Assembly (NCBI GenBank): GCA_046759445.1
Contig: JBHICG010000014.1
Coordinates: 1 to 62,040 of the forward strand
Origin: Candidatus Scalinduaceae bacterium
Lineage (GTDB): Bacteria; Planctomycetota; Brocadiia; Brocadiales; Scalinduaceae
DNA: 62,040 nucleotides
Reading direction: 5' to 3'
The notes beneath the pieces were generated by a model. The model did not search any database and was not told the DNA's origin. It saw only the letters and a program-made list of their open reading frames with translations. Below, in pieces: positions 12,266 through 20,925 of this stretch. Numbering within the stretch: position 1 is the first letter of the stretch; the number at the start of each line of letters is the position of its first letter. Both the position numbers and the translations under genes were made by a program.

Positions 12266-12844
12266 TTATTGCTCTGGATCAGATTCCCATGTCTTTTTTA
12301 AGTATTGATCCCTACCTGATCCGGACTTGTACAACTTATATCTGACAGGGCATTTCTCGTAATATTTTTGGTGGTATTCTTCAGCTTTATAAAATGTTGA
12401 GGCGTAGGTAATTTCGGTAACAATTGGTTTGTCAAATTTGCCCGACTTAGCCAGCGCTTCTTTTGATTCTTCAGCTAAACGTTTCTGTTCTTTATTATGA
12501 TAAAAAATGGCCGTTCTATATTGCGTCCCATAATCAGCAAATTGTTTATTGAGTGTAATAGGATTGATATTTCTCCAGAAAACATCCAGTAATTCTGAAT
12601 AGGTAACCTTGGAGGGATCGTATAATATTTCAATGGCTTCGGTATGTCCTGTCCCGCCTGCGCATACTTCTTCGTAGGTAGGGTTTTCCTTATATCCACC
12701 TGCATAACCTACTGTAGTAGTGGCAACTCCCCTTAATTCATCAAAGGGATGTTGCATGCACCAGAAACAGCCCCCTGCGAACGTAGCCTTTTCTAACTTT
12801 TTGCTATTCATGACAGAATCTTTGCTCTCATTATCAGCATACAT
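12266..12844 (-). CDS. msrA: peptide-methionine (S)-S-oxide reductase
   Basis: FAGGCFWC, AEEYHQKYY motifs. Confidence 0.93.
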   Translation of the reverse strand: MYADNESKDSVMNSKKLEKATFAGGCFWCMQHPFDELRGVATTTVGYAGGYKENPTYEEVCAGGTGHTEAIEILYDPSKVTYSELLDVFWRNINPITLNKQFADYGTQYRTAIFYHNKEQKRLAEESKEALAKSGKFDKPIVTEITYASTFYKAEEYHQKYYEKCPVRYKLYKSGSGRDQYLKKTWESDPEQ

Positions 12845-12971
12845 ATAAAATCGCTCAATTTAGGTAAAAGAAAAATAGTTATGTCATACTGGCCAACGTG
12901 ACAAGCGAATGGTAAGAGTCTATACAATTCTTGCCCTCTTTTCTTAACGGCAATAAATTGGGTTCCGACTC

Positions 12972-14279
12972 TCAACTTTTCTTCAGATACTTGAAACGGT
13001 GTGTTAGCCTGCCGTTTTGTGTAACTACGGCGTTACGAATGACATCAGGTAATGCGTGATGATTGGTAATGTCAATGATTCCATGGGCTGCGATTTGATA
13101 CACAAAGTCCCGGACCTGTTCGGCAAATTCCATTGAAGATTCTTTAGGAAATTCACAGGGCAAATTATCAATGGCCATCACCGCAATCCCACTACCGGAC
13201 AAATCATTGCTGATTTTTCTAGAAACAGGGTCATAAACGAAAGCGGGTTCTGATGATGTTGTCGCCCTTTTCGTAATTTCTATTGTTCCCTTAATATCAC
13301 AGGACAAATCACCAATCACTGAAAGACGAAAATCAGGATTTGCACCGTAAGTCCTGCGAAGCATAGTTTCCGATAACAATCGCGGATAGCGTCTATCCCA
13401 GTAACTGGCATTAACGAGTATGTTAAGAAATGGCAGAAACTTATCCAAATTTGATTCGAATCGTTCAGGATGATTAAGATATTCTTCAAAATAAAAGCCC
13501 TTTCCCTTTTTAGACCTGAGTTTTTCTTCCCGTTGAAAGACCAGCTTGTAAATTTTTTTTTTGTGGGAGATACGGCTTCTGGCCAAAATATCTATGTCCC
13601 TGGGATGTATGTCAACGGCCCCTACGTGTTCAAGAACCTCCTGTGCGCCTCGCGAGACATTCCCATGTCCCAAAATTCCTATCACAAAAGGAACAAGTTT
13701 TTTATCTAAACCTTTTCTTTTTATTTTGCCTGCCACACGATCAAGCGCAGTCTTTGCAGAACCATAATTACCGTAATAAACTGCGGTTTTCAAATCTGAG
13801 AATGGATTAGGAATCCCCTGGAGTTTAAGTTTCTGGCCAAACACGTGTAGCGTGTCAATCATCCCACATGTACCCGCATATCGTCCAAAATAAACCAGTC
13901 TCTGTCCAAGAGAACCTGTTATGTGCTCATAATCAATGAGAGTGATTTTCTTTTTAAGAAATTTAGCAAGAAGTTTCTGATTATATTCCTGCCCTTTAGT
14001 AGCGTGGGAGAATACCATGTACACACTATTAGGTATTAGTGTATCAACGGAGGGTTCTTTTATGCCTATAAGGAGATTGGCTTTTTGAAAATTTGTGACA
14101 ATTGAGGCTCCGGAGCGTAGGTATTGTGAGTCCTTAAATATACGCAAGGGACTGTGAGCGACTTCAACCTGAATCTTTTTTTTTACCAACCATGCAACGT
14201 CCTTTGGTATCAAGGGGGCCCTTCGCTCCCATATATTCTTTGACTCAGGTAAAATGCCGACTACAAGGTTCTTTCTCAT
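12972..14279 (-). CDS. lysine-ketoglutarate reductase / saccharopine dehydrogenase-like (AlaDh/PNT fold)
   Basis: WERRAPL, FSHATKGQ, IDYE, FGRYAG, MAIDNLPCE. Confidence 0.8.
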   Translation of the reverse strand: MRKNLVVGILPESKNIWERRAPLIPKDVAWLVKKKIQVEVAHSPLRIFKDSQYLRSGASIVTNFQKANLLIGIKEPSVDTLIPNSVYMVFSHATKGQEYNQKLLAKFLKKKITLIDYEHITGSLGQRLVYFGRYAGTCGMIDTLHVFGQKLKLQGIPNPFSDLKTAVYYGNYGSAKTALDRVAGKIKRKGLDKKLVPFVIGILGHGNVSRGAQEVLEHVGAVDIHPRDIDILARSRISHKKKIYKLVFQREEKLRSKKGKGFYFEEYLNHPERFESNLDKFLPFLNILVNASYWDRRYPRLLSETMLRRTYGANPDFRLSVIGDLSCDIKGTIEITKRATTSSEPAFVYDPVSRKISNDLSGSGIAVMAIDNLPCEFPKESSMEFAEQVRDFVYQIAAHGIIDITNHHALPDVIRNAVVTQNGRLTHRFKYLKKS

Positions 14280-14319
14280 AATATTATTGATAGTATTCTT
14301 TTATTTAAAAGTTGTTTTA

Positions 14320-15219
14320 TTACATGTCCTTTACTACATTTCTTACAAAACCCTCGCATTCATCAAGTCTATTTTTTGCTTCTTCGTAGTCGATTTGCAG
14401 TTTGTGCATAACGATGGCTATCTTCACATTGCCTTTTGCCTTTTTTAATAGTTCACTGGCAGAATCTCTGTCAAGGTCTATAACCGTCATTATGATCCTC
14501 TCTGCACGGTCTTTGAGTTTTTCGTTTTTTACCTGAAGATCAACCATGAGGTTTTCATATACCTTGCCCATCTTTATCATTGATGCAGTCGTAAGCGTGT
14601 TCAGTACGTACTTGGTTGCAGTACCCGCCTTCATGCGTGTAGAACCCGTTATTACCTCAGGACCCGTGATTGGCCTGATAATAACGTCAACGTCCTCAGC
14701 AGGGTCTGTATCTGGATTACAGCATAGGAATATGGTTGTCGAACCAATCCTGTTTGCCTGAACTAAAGCTCCATGAACGAATGGTGTAGTGCCGCCTGTG
14801 GCTATGCCGACAACGGTATCTTGAGCAGTTATGCCATTGTCTTTGATTGCCTGCTCTCCATCCTCATGTTTATCCTCGGCTCCTTCTATTGATCTTGTAA
14901 GTGCTTCTGTTCCTCCCGCTATTATGCCTTTCACTAACTCGGAATCTGTTCCGAAGGTAGGGGGGCATTCAGAGGCGTCAAGTACGCCCAGCCTTCCGCT
15001 TGTTCCAGCACCCACATAGAACAAACGACCACCTTTTTTGAATGACGCAACAATCAAATCAACGGCCTTTGTGATGTTCTGGCGCTCTTTGCGAACGGCA
15101 TTTATTACGTTTGAATCCTCGTCATTAATTATTTCTACGATTTCTGAGGTGGATTTGCAGTCGATTTCGAGGGTATTTGGATTACGTTGTTCGGTGATTA
15201 GGTTTGAACGATCTTTCAT
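14320..15219 (-). CDS. murQ: N-acetylmuramic acid 6-phosphate etherase
   Basis: GAGTSGRLGVLDASECPPTFG, GPEVITGSTRMKAGTA. Confidence 0.95.
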   Translation of the reverse strand: MKDRSNLITEQRNPNTLEIDCKSTSEIVEIINDEDSNVINAVRKERQNITKAVDLIVASFKKGGRLFYVGAGTSGRLGVLDASECPPTFGTDSELVKGIIAGGTEALTRSIEGAEDKHEDGEQAIKDNGITAQDTVVGIATGGTTPFVHGALVQANRIGSTTIFLCCNPDTDPAEDVDVIIRPITGPEVITGSTRMKAGTATKYVLNTLTTASMIKMGKVYENLMVDLQVKNEKLKDRAERIIMTVIDLDRDSASELLKKAKGNVKIAIVMHKLQIDYEEAKNRLDECEGFVRNVVKDM

Positions 15220-15462
15220 TCTTCTTTAGACAGGATTACAGGATAAAGGCATTCAACAGATTTTAGTAAAACGCTTGGATAAGGATAAATAATAAAAATA
15301 GGTTTGTAAATTATAAACAAATAATCCATTATAAAAAGAATAAAAAGTCTTGTAAATGCAGTTAATCCAGTCTAAAGAATTAAAAACTAATTTATAGACG
15401 GTATGTTTTTTGGTATTATCAAGTTCAATATAATTTAATGTCTAAGAATTTCAATGTATTTT

Positions 15463-15543
15463 GGTAGGAGCCGTCTCCCGACGGCGAGTAGCATCCCACA
15501 ATGTTGTGCAAGCCCCTGTCGCCAGCGGGAGTTGGCTCCTACC
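15463..15543. repeat. REP-doublet (REPIN-like) palindromic element
   Basis: GGTAGGAGCC...GGCTCCTACC inverted ends with GTAG tetranucleotide and imperfect internal hairpins. Confidence 0.7.
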
Positions 15544-15788
15544 GTGTAAAATTATATTAAAGCTGCCGAAGGCTTAATTTATGATTTACCACGCAAATAC
15601 ACGGAATATCACAGAGAATAAATTTACCCAGTATAAAAGCGATATTTAAAATGAATAAGCAGACATAAACGGGAATCTGATATAAATTTCCGATCAAGGT
15701 CGGAGTGTGATTCTGAGATTGAGGAATTGCCAATGACATGGGTGGATGATACCTTAATTATTTCGTCTAATATAATATTAAAAATTAT

Positions 15789-17684
15789 ATGAAAATGGTT
15801 GTGAAAAAGAACACAAATTTATCAAAGAAACTGAAAACTATTCCCATCGGCACGGGCATATATCTTATGAAGGATTCTAAGAAGGAGGTTATTTACGTAG
15901 GTAAGGCAAAGAATCTTAGAAGCCGTGTCAGGAGTTACTTTCAAGGTTCAAGGGACGAAAGGTTATTTGTGGACTTCCTCGTAAAGAGGATTGCAGACAT
16001 TGACTTTGTTTTAACTGATACTGAGAAAGAAGCGCTCATTCTTGAAAATAATCTGATTAAACAATTCAAACCTCGATTTAACATTAACCTCCGCGATGAT
16101 AAGACATTTGTGTCCATCAAACTGGATTTAAATGAGAAGTTTTCATACCCGGTTGTTGTAAGGCAAATAGAACCTGCCAGTGCCACAGAGAAGAAACCAG
16201 GTAAGAAAAACGGTGTCTTATATTTTGGACCTTATTCTTCTGCAAAGGCAGTGCGTGAAACCTTGAGGTATGTAAACGGCTTGTTTCCTATCAGAAAATG
16301 CTCGGACAATGTTTTTAAGAGTAGAGTAAGGCCTTGTCTATATCACCAGATAGGAAGATGTGTGGCGCCGTGTTGTGATCTGATTGACGAGAAGACATAT
16401 AAAGAAATACTGCAAGAGGTTATCCTCCTGTTAAGGGGTAAGAATGATGAGTTGTTGAAAGTATTGAGGAAAAAGATGGATGAGGCATCAAAGGCGATGA
16501 AATATGAAAAGGCTGCAAAGATCAGGGACCGCATAACGGCTATAGAAAAGACGGTTGAGAAGCAAAAGATCAGGACAATGGAGTTTGTGGACAGGGACGT
16601 TTTTGGTTATTACGGTGAGGGGAACAATATCCAGATTCAGGCAATGTTTATACGGAGCGGCAACCTTGAGGATATAGCATCGTATAGATTCCCAACCATT
16701 GATAATACTCCGAATGATATCTTCCGTTCCTTTCTCAATCAGTTTTACGGGCATACAAGATTTATTCCGGATGAAGTAATTATACCTGTTGAGAGTGAGG
16801 ATAAGGGGATATTAGAAGAATTGCTTAGCGAACAAAAAGGGCACAAGGTTAATGTTATATGTCCAAAGCGTGGTGGGAAGATGAAGCTGGTAGAAATGGC
16901 AATAAAGAATGCGGAAAATGCATTTAAGATTCGTCACATGATGGGTGAAGATATCGAATCTGTTACGGTTTCCTTAAGGAAACACTTGAACCTGAGGAAT
17001 TTACCAAAAAAGATAGAGTGTTTTGATATTTCAAATATTGGAGGGAAACAATCTGTAGGATCCATGGTTACGTTTGAAAATGGCGTACCCGTAAAGCGTA
17101 GATATAAAAGGTACAAGGTCAAGACTGTGCCACAATCGGACGATTACGCAATGATGTACGAGGTGTTAACGAGAAGGTATTCACGGGCATTCAGGGAAGA
17201 TGATTTCCCGGACCTTGCCGTTATTGATGGCGGGAAAGGGCAGTTGGGTATTGCCATGAGGGTGTTTGACGGGCTTGGCGTTGACGGGGTGGACGTTGTT
17301 GCGCTTGCCAAGAGTAAGAGAAAGTATGCTGGTGAAAAAACTTCAAAGCAAAAACTGGATGAGCGTGTGTTTGTATGTGGAAAGGCGGACCCGATTGTGT
17401 TAGATCAGGAATCTTCTGAACTAAGGCTTTTGGTAAATATTCGTGATGAGGCGCATCGTTTCGCATTGGCGTATCACAGGAAATTGCGTAAGAAGCAGTA
17501 TCAACCAGAATCCCCCCTGGATAAGATTACGGGTATTGGAAAAGTGAAGAAGAAAAACCTATTGAAGCATTTTAGAAATATACAGAAAATAAGAAATGCC
17601 TCAATGGATGAATTAAATAAGGTGAAAAATATTAGTTCAAAAGATGCAAAGGACATATACAATCATTTTCATCTTAAGCCTTGA
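15789..17684 (+). CDS. uvrC: excinuclease ABC subunit C
   Basis: GIY...YVGKAKNL GIY-YIG, ECFDISN, IDGGKGQL, RDEAHRFA, C-terminal HhH. Confidence 0.97.
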   Translation: MKMVVKKNTNLSKKLKTIPIGTGIYLMKDSKKEVIYVGKAKNLRSRVRSYFQGSRDERLFVDFLVKRIADIDFVLTDTEKEALILENNLIKQFKPRFNINLRDDKTFVSIKLDLNEKFSYPVVVRQIEPASATEKKPGKKNGVLYFGPYSSAKAVRETLRYVNGLFPIRKCSDNVFKSRVRPCLYHQIGRCVAPCCDLIDEKTYKEILQEVILLLRGKNDELLKVLRKKMDEASKAMKYEKAAKIRDRITAIEKTVEKQKIRTMEFVDRDVFGYYGEGNNIQIQAMFIRSGNLEDIASYRFPTIDNTPNDIFRSFLNQFYGHTRFIPDEVIIPVESEDKGILEELLSEQKGHKVNVICPKRGGKMKLVEMAIKNAENAFKIRHMMGEDIESVTVSLRKHLNLRNLPKKIECFDISNIGGKQSVGSMVTFENGVPVKRRYKRYKVKTVPQSDDYAMMYEVLTRRYSRAFREDDFPDLAVIDGGKGQLGIAMRVFDGLGVDGVDVVALAKSKRKYAGEKTSKQKLDERVFVCGKADPIVLDQESSELRLLVNIRDEAHRFALAYHRKLRKKQYQPESPLDKITGIGKVKKKNLLKHFRNIQKIRNASMDELNKVKNISSKDAKDIYNHFHLKP

Positions 17685-17778
17685 TTTAATTGCCGAGTTA
17701 ACATAGCATGATTTAGAGTAATAGTTTAAGACAGCTTTTGTTTAGCTCAAAAATTAATTGTTCTAGATGTTACAAGAA

Positions 17779-18102
17779 TTAGATGTGATTTTTCATCTCG
17801 TCTGAATCTAGGACTTGATGGATGAGCATTAGTCCTCTTACTATGTTGCCAATTGGAGTACGTTGATGAGTATACACTATACCATTGTGCTCAAAGCCTT
17901 TATAATGTAGCTTGAGAAAATCCTCGTCTTGAGTAAATATAATTCTTCCCTCCTTTTTTGCGAAAGCGATATGCTTCTCATCAGTCGTGCCTAACATATC
18001 TGCTTCTTTTGTTGTCAAAACATCAATACCTCGAAGCCTCAACCCTTTTACAACTGAATTAGGTATATGTTCGTCTGTGTAGAACTTAAGCTTTTTGCGC
18101 AT
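17779..18102 (-). CDS. DUF5615 PIN-like toxin
   Basis: FYTDEHIP...GIDV...IFTQDEDF. Overlaps the DUF433 gene; the sequence reads HI*FL*, suggesting a late nonsense change. Confidence 0.8.
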   Translation of the reverse strand: MRKKLKFYTDEHIPNSVVKGLRLRGIDVLTTKEADMLGTTDEKHIAFAKKEGRIIFTQDEDFLKLHYKGFEHNGIVYTHQRTPIGNIVRGLMLIHQVLDSDEMKNHI

Positions 18103-18397
18103 CCAGTTTTTTAGCTACTTTTGAGGGAGTTTTCTGCCTTAATGCTTCGATAAAAGCCTCGCTTTCCTGTATGGATTTATCAATTTCAGCTCGATGGTCA
18201 TGATAATAAACCAAAGCAGCATATACATCGGCTAATGTAAGATCATATTCTGCAGCAATTTCATCAGCACTATATCCTAACAAATCATGCCAAATCACAA
18301 TGTTTTGTACCGTGATACGGTGTCCAGTTATTCTCGGCTTACCACCAGCTATACCCTCAGTAATCTCAATGTGTCCATCCAGAGTTTTAGTAATCAT
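18086..18397 (-). CDS. DUF433 family antitoxin
   Basis: GGKPRITGHRITV...ADEIAAEYDLTLADVYAALVYY. Confidence 0.88.
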   Translation of the reverse strand: MITKTLDGHIEITEGIAGGKPRITGHRITVQNIVIWHDLLGYSADEIAAEYDLTLADVYAALVYYHDHRAEIDKSIQESEAFIEALRQKTPSKVAKKLDAQKA

Positions 18398-18597
18398 TCA
18401 ATCTACCTCTTAATAAAGTACAAAATCAGTTCATAGATAGTCTTCTATCATAAGTTTAACTACTTCAGCTAATGAATGTCAAGAAAATGTTCAATTTAAC
18501 GTATATTTCGAGAATTCTGGAATATTCATCACACAATTAAGGTTAATTTTACTTAAATAATTGAAATATGAAGGCGGTCACACTGAATGCACTGAAA

Positions 18598-18695
18598 AGA
18601 AGATACGAAATGCCTCACTGGATGAGCTGAAGAATGTGAATAGTATTACTTCTAAAGATGCAAAGGCTATATATAATCATTTTCATTCCAAACCT
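18598..18695 (+). repeat. displaced copy of uvrC 3' end (~100 bp)
   Basis: Encodes KIRNASLDELKNVNSITSKDAKAIYNHFHSKP, matching uvrC 17584-17684 and 19915-20011. Confidence 0.9.
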
Positions 18696-18977
18696 CTAAA
18701 TTGAGCAATTTATGCTCCCGCTTCTTGCTAAAGCAAGAAGCGGGGGCGGGCCTCTTGCCTCTTATTTCTTACTTCTATCTTCATGTTTCTTTCCTTTTTG
18801 TCTACTACCTTCTGCCTATGTTCGTTAGGCTCACCATTTAGCTTAATACTGAGCTTGTTGAAGTACTTACTTCTTGCATCAAGGATCGAACATCTAGCGT
18901 GGACCACACAACAGGAAGCCATCCGATAAATGGTTTTTTAACTTGACTATTGCATATATCCTCTATACACTACTCTT

Positions 18978-19256
18978 ATGATACAGAGCTTCCGACATAA
19001 AGGGCTGCAGCGCCTTTTTGAGAAGGCCGACCGCAGTAAGGTCTCAGCTCAAGATGTAAAGAAGCTCGAACATATACTTGTCGTTCTTAACCATGCCACA
19101 AAGCCAGAGGATATGGGTTTGCCAGGATTTCACCTGCACCCTCTAAAAGGCCGTATGAAAGGTTTCTGGTCAGTCACTCTACGGGCAAACTGGCGTGTGA
19201 TCTTCAGAATCAAGAACGGTGACATATACGATGTTGATTTAATTGACTACCATTAG
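18978..19256 (+). CDS. higB: HigB-like (RelE/ParE superfamily) toxin
   Basis: MIQSFRHKGL...LHPLKG...WSVTLRANWRVIFR; promoter TTGACT-17-TACACT upstream. Confidence 0.88.
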   Translation: MIQSFRHKGLQRLFEKADRSKVSAQDVKKLEHILVVLNHATKPEDMGLPGFHLHPLKGRMKGFWSVTLRANWRVIFRIKNGDIYDVDLIDYH

Positions 19257-19268
19257 GAGGAATATAAT

Positions 19269-19592
19269 ATGAAGATGAAGAACCCACCACATCCAGGAAG
19301 ACTCATCAAGCACGAATGTCTGGAACCGTTAGATTTGAACATAACCAAGGCCGCTGACATTCTTGGTGTAACCCGCCTTACCCTCAGCAATCTTGTGAAC
19401 GGCAAAAACGGCGTTTCACCGGAAATGGCTATCAGGTTGTCCAAAGCCTTCGGCAGTAGCCCAGAGGTATGGCTAGGTTTGCAGATGGACTATGACCTTG
19501 CACAAGCTGAAAAGAAGGCATCGCAGATCAAGGTGAAAAAGGTGAAGAAGGCGAAAAGGGTGAAGAAGGTGAAAAAGGTCATAAATGCATAA
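19269..19592 (+). CDS. higA: HigA-like antitoxin (Xre HTH)
   Basis: HPGRLI...VSPEMAIRLSKAFGSSPEVWLGLQMDYDL; Lys-rich repeat tail. Confidence 0.9.
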   Translation: MKMKNPPHPGRLIKHECLEPLDLNITKAADILGVTRLTLSNLVNGKNGVSPEMAIRLSKAFGSSPEVWLGLQMDYDLAQAEKKASQIKVKKVKKAKRVKKVKKVINA

Positions 19593-19603
19593 GGAGAAGT
19601 AAC

Positions 19604-20014
19604 AGGGTGGATCTTATTGCCCTTGCCAAAAGTAAGAGGAATGGTAAGAGGAAATATGCTGGCGAAAAGACCTCAAGGCAAAAACTGGATGAGCGTGTGT
19701 TCGTGTGTGGAAAGGCAGACCCGATTGTGTTGGGTCAGGAGTCTTCTGAACTAAGGCTTTTGGTAAATATTCGTGATGAGGCGCACCGTTTCGCATTGGC
19801 ATATCACAGGAAATTGCGTAAGAAGCAGTATCAACCAGAATCCCCCCTTGATAAGATTACGGGTATTGGAAAGGTGAAGAAGAAAAACCTGTTGAAGTAT
19901 TTCGAAAATACACAGAAGATACGAAATGCCTCACTGGATGCGCTGAAGAAGGTAAAGAGTATTACTTCTAAAGATGCAAAGACTATATACGATCATTTTC
20001 ATTCAAATGACTAG
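19604..20014 (+). pseudogene. displaced ~410-bp copy of uvrC 3' end
   Basis: Near-identical to uvrC 17287-17684 (ALAKSKR...RDEAHRFALAYHRKLRKK...), lacking the 5' ~500 codons. Confidence 0.92.
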
Positions 20015-20096
20015 TAACCCCGTAAACTCGCTTTTTTCGCACGGCATAGAGCCGCGCGGCGGCAGCGCCGCTTTGCGCGGGGCAAGCAAAATGACG

Positions 20097-20208
20097 AATC
20101 GGCATTGGCTATCATTTTCCTAGTTGATTTTAATGTTTAGCAGTACTATTATAAGTTCAAGAACTTCTACAATCTACTATCGGTTTGCTTAGTTTCATAA
20201 GCAAGGCT
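20097..20208 (+). repeat. degenerate copy of the recurrent promoter/hairpin module
   Basis: aatcggcattggctatcat...TTGATT-17-TATTAT...ttgctt agtttcat aagcaa; aligns with 31775-31944 and 38304-38478. Confidence 0.75.
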
Positions 20209-20262
20209 ATAAAACGGTCGCTGTCCCTATTTATCATAAAACGGTCGCTGTCCCTATTTATC

Positions 20263-20741
20263 ACATAATCAATAAATCAGAAGCGGTTAAGAGGGTTCGG
20301 AAGGAAAAGAACGATGAGGAGATGACAAAGAAAGAAAAGAAAGAATTGACTGAAGAAGAAAAGGAATACAAGAGCAAACGCAAGATGATTCAGGAAAAAC
20401 TCATTAAGTTTGCCACCCGTGTACCTGTATTTATGTATCTTACCGACTATCGCGAACGATGCCTTAAAGATGTTATCACTCAATTGGAACCGGGACTTTT
20501 CAAGAAAGTTACAGGACTGGCTGTAAAGGATTTTGAATTGCTTGTCAGCCTCGGCGTATTTAATAGTGCATTAATGAATGATGCTGTCTATAAATTTAAA
20601 AGATACGAAGATGCAAGCCTCATTTACACTGGTATAAACAAACATAAAGGAGAAGATATTGGTCTTTATGATACAGTTATAAGCTCAAAAGATTACAAAG
20701 CTACATTTGAGAATGTTGCTCAGAAAGCAGAAAACAAATGA
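20263..20741 (+). pseudogene. C-terminal remnant of a restriction endonuclease/helicase subunit
   Basis: KLIKFATRVPVFMYLTDYRERCLKDVITQLEPGLFKKVTGL resembles C-termini of helicase-type restriction subunits. The frame is open upstream of the called Met but has no N-terminal domains. Confidence 0.6.
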
Positions 20742-20925
20742 CGTAACAAGGTACATTCTCAAACAGCCTGTCAATAGGTGTCATCATTGAGTTTCTACTT
20801 AGATGAGTCCGATTATCTTGGTTTTAATTTAAAAAGAGAAAGAATACAAAAAGTTTGTCAACACGCTTTTAGTCTGCAATTTTGATGTCGATCGAAAGTT
20901 TCTTGATATTTAGCGAGAAAACAAA

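Noticed and set aside
18728..18922. 64-aa ORF on the minus strand
   Set aside because: Made of heptamer repeats, a REP-like TACTGAGCTTGTTGAAGTA and a hairpin; no protein family features.
19607..20014. Independent 135-aa gene
   Set aside because: It is a duplicate of the uvrC 3' end; treated as a displaced fragment.
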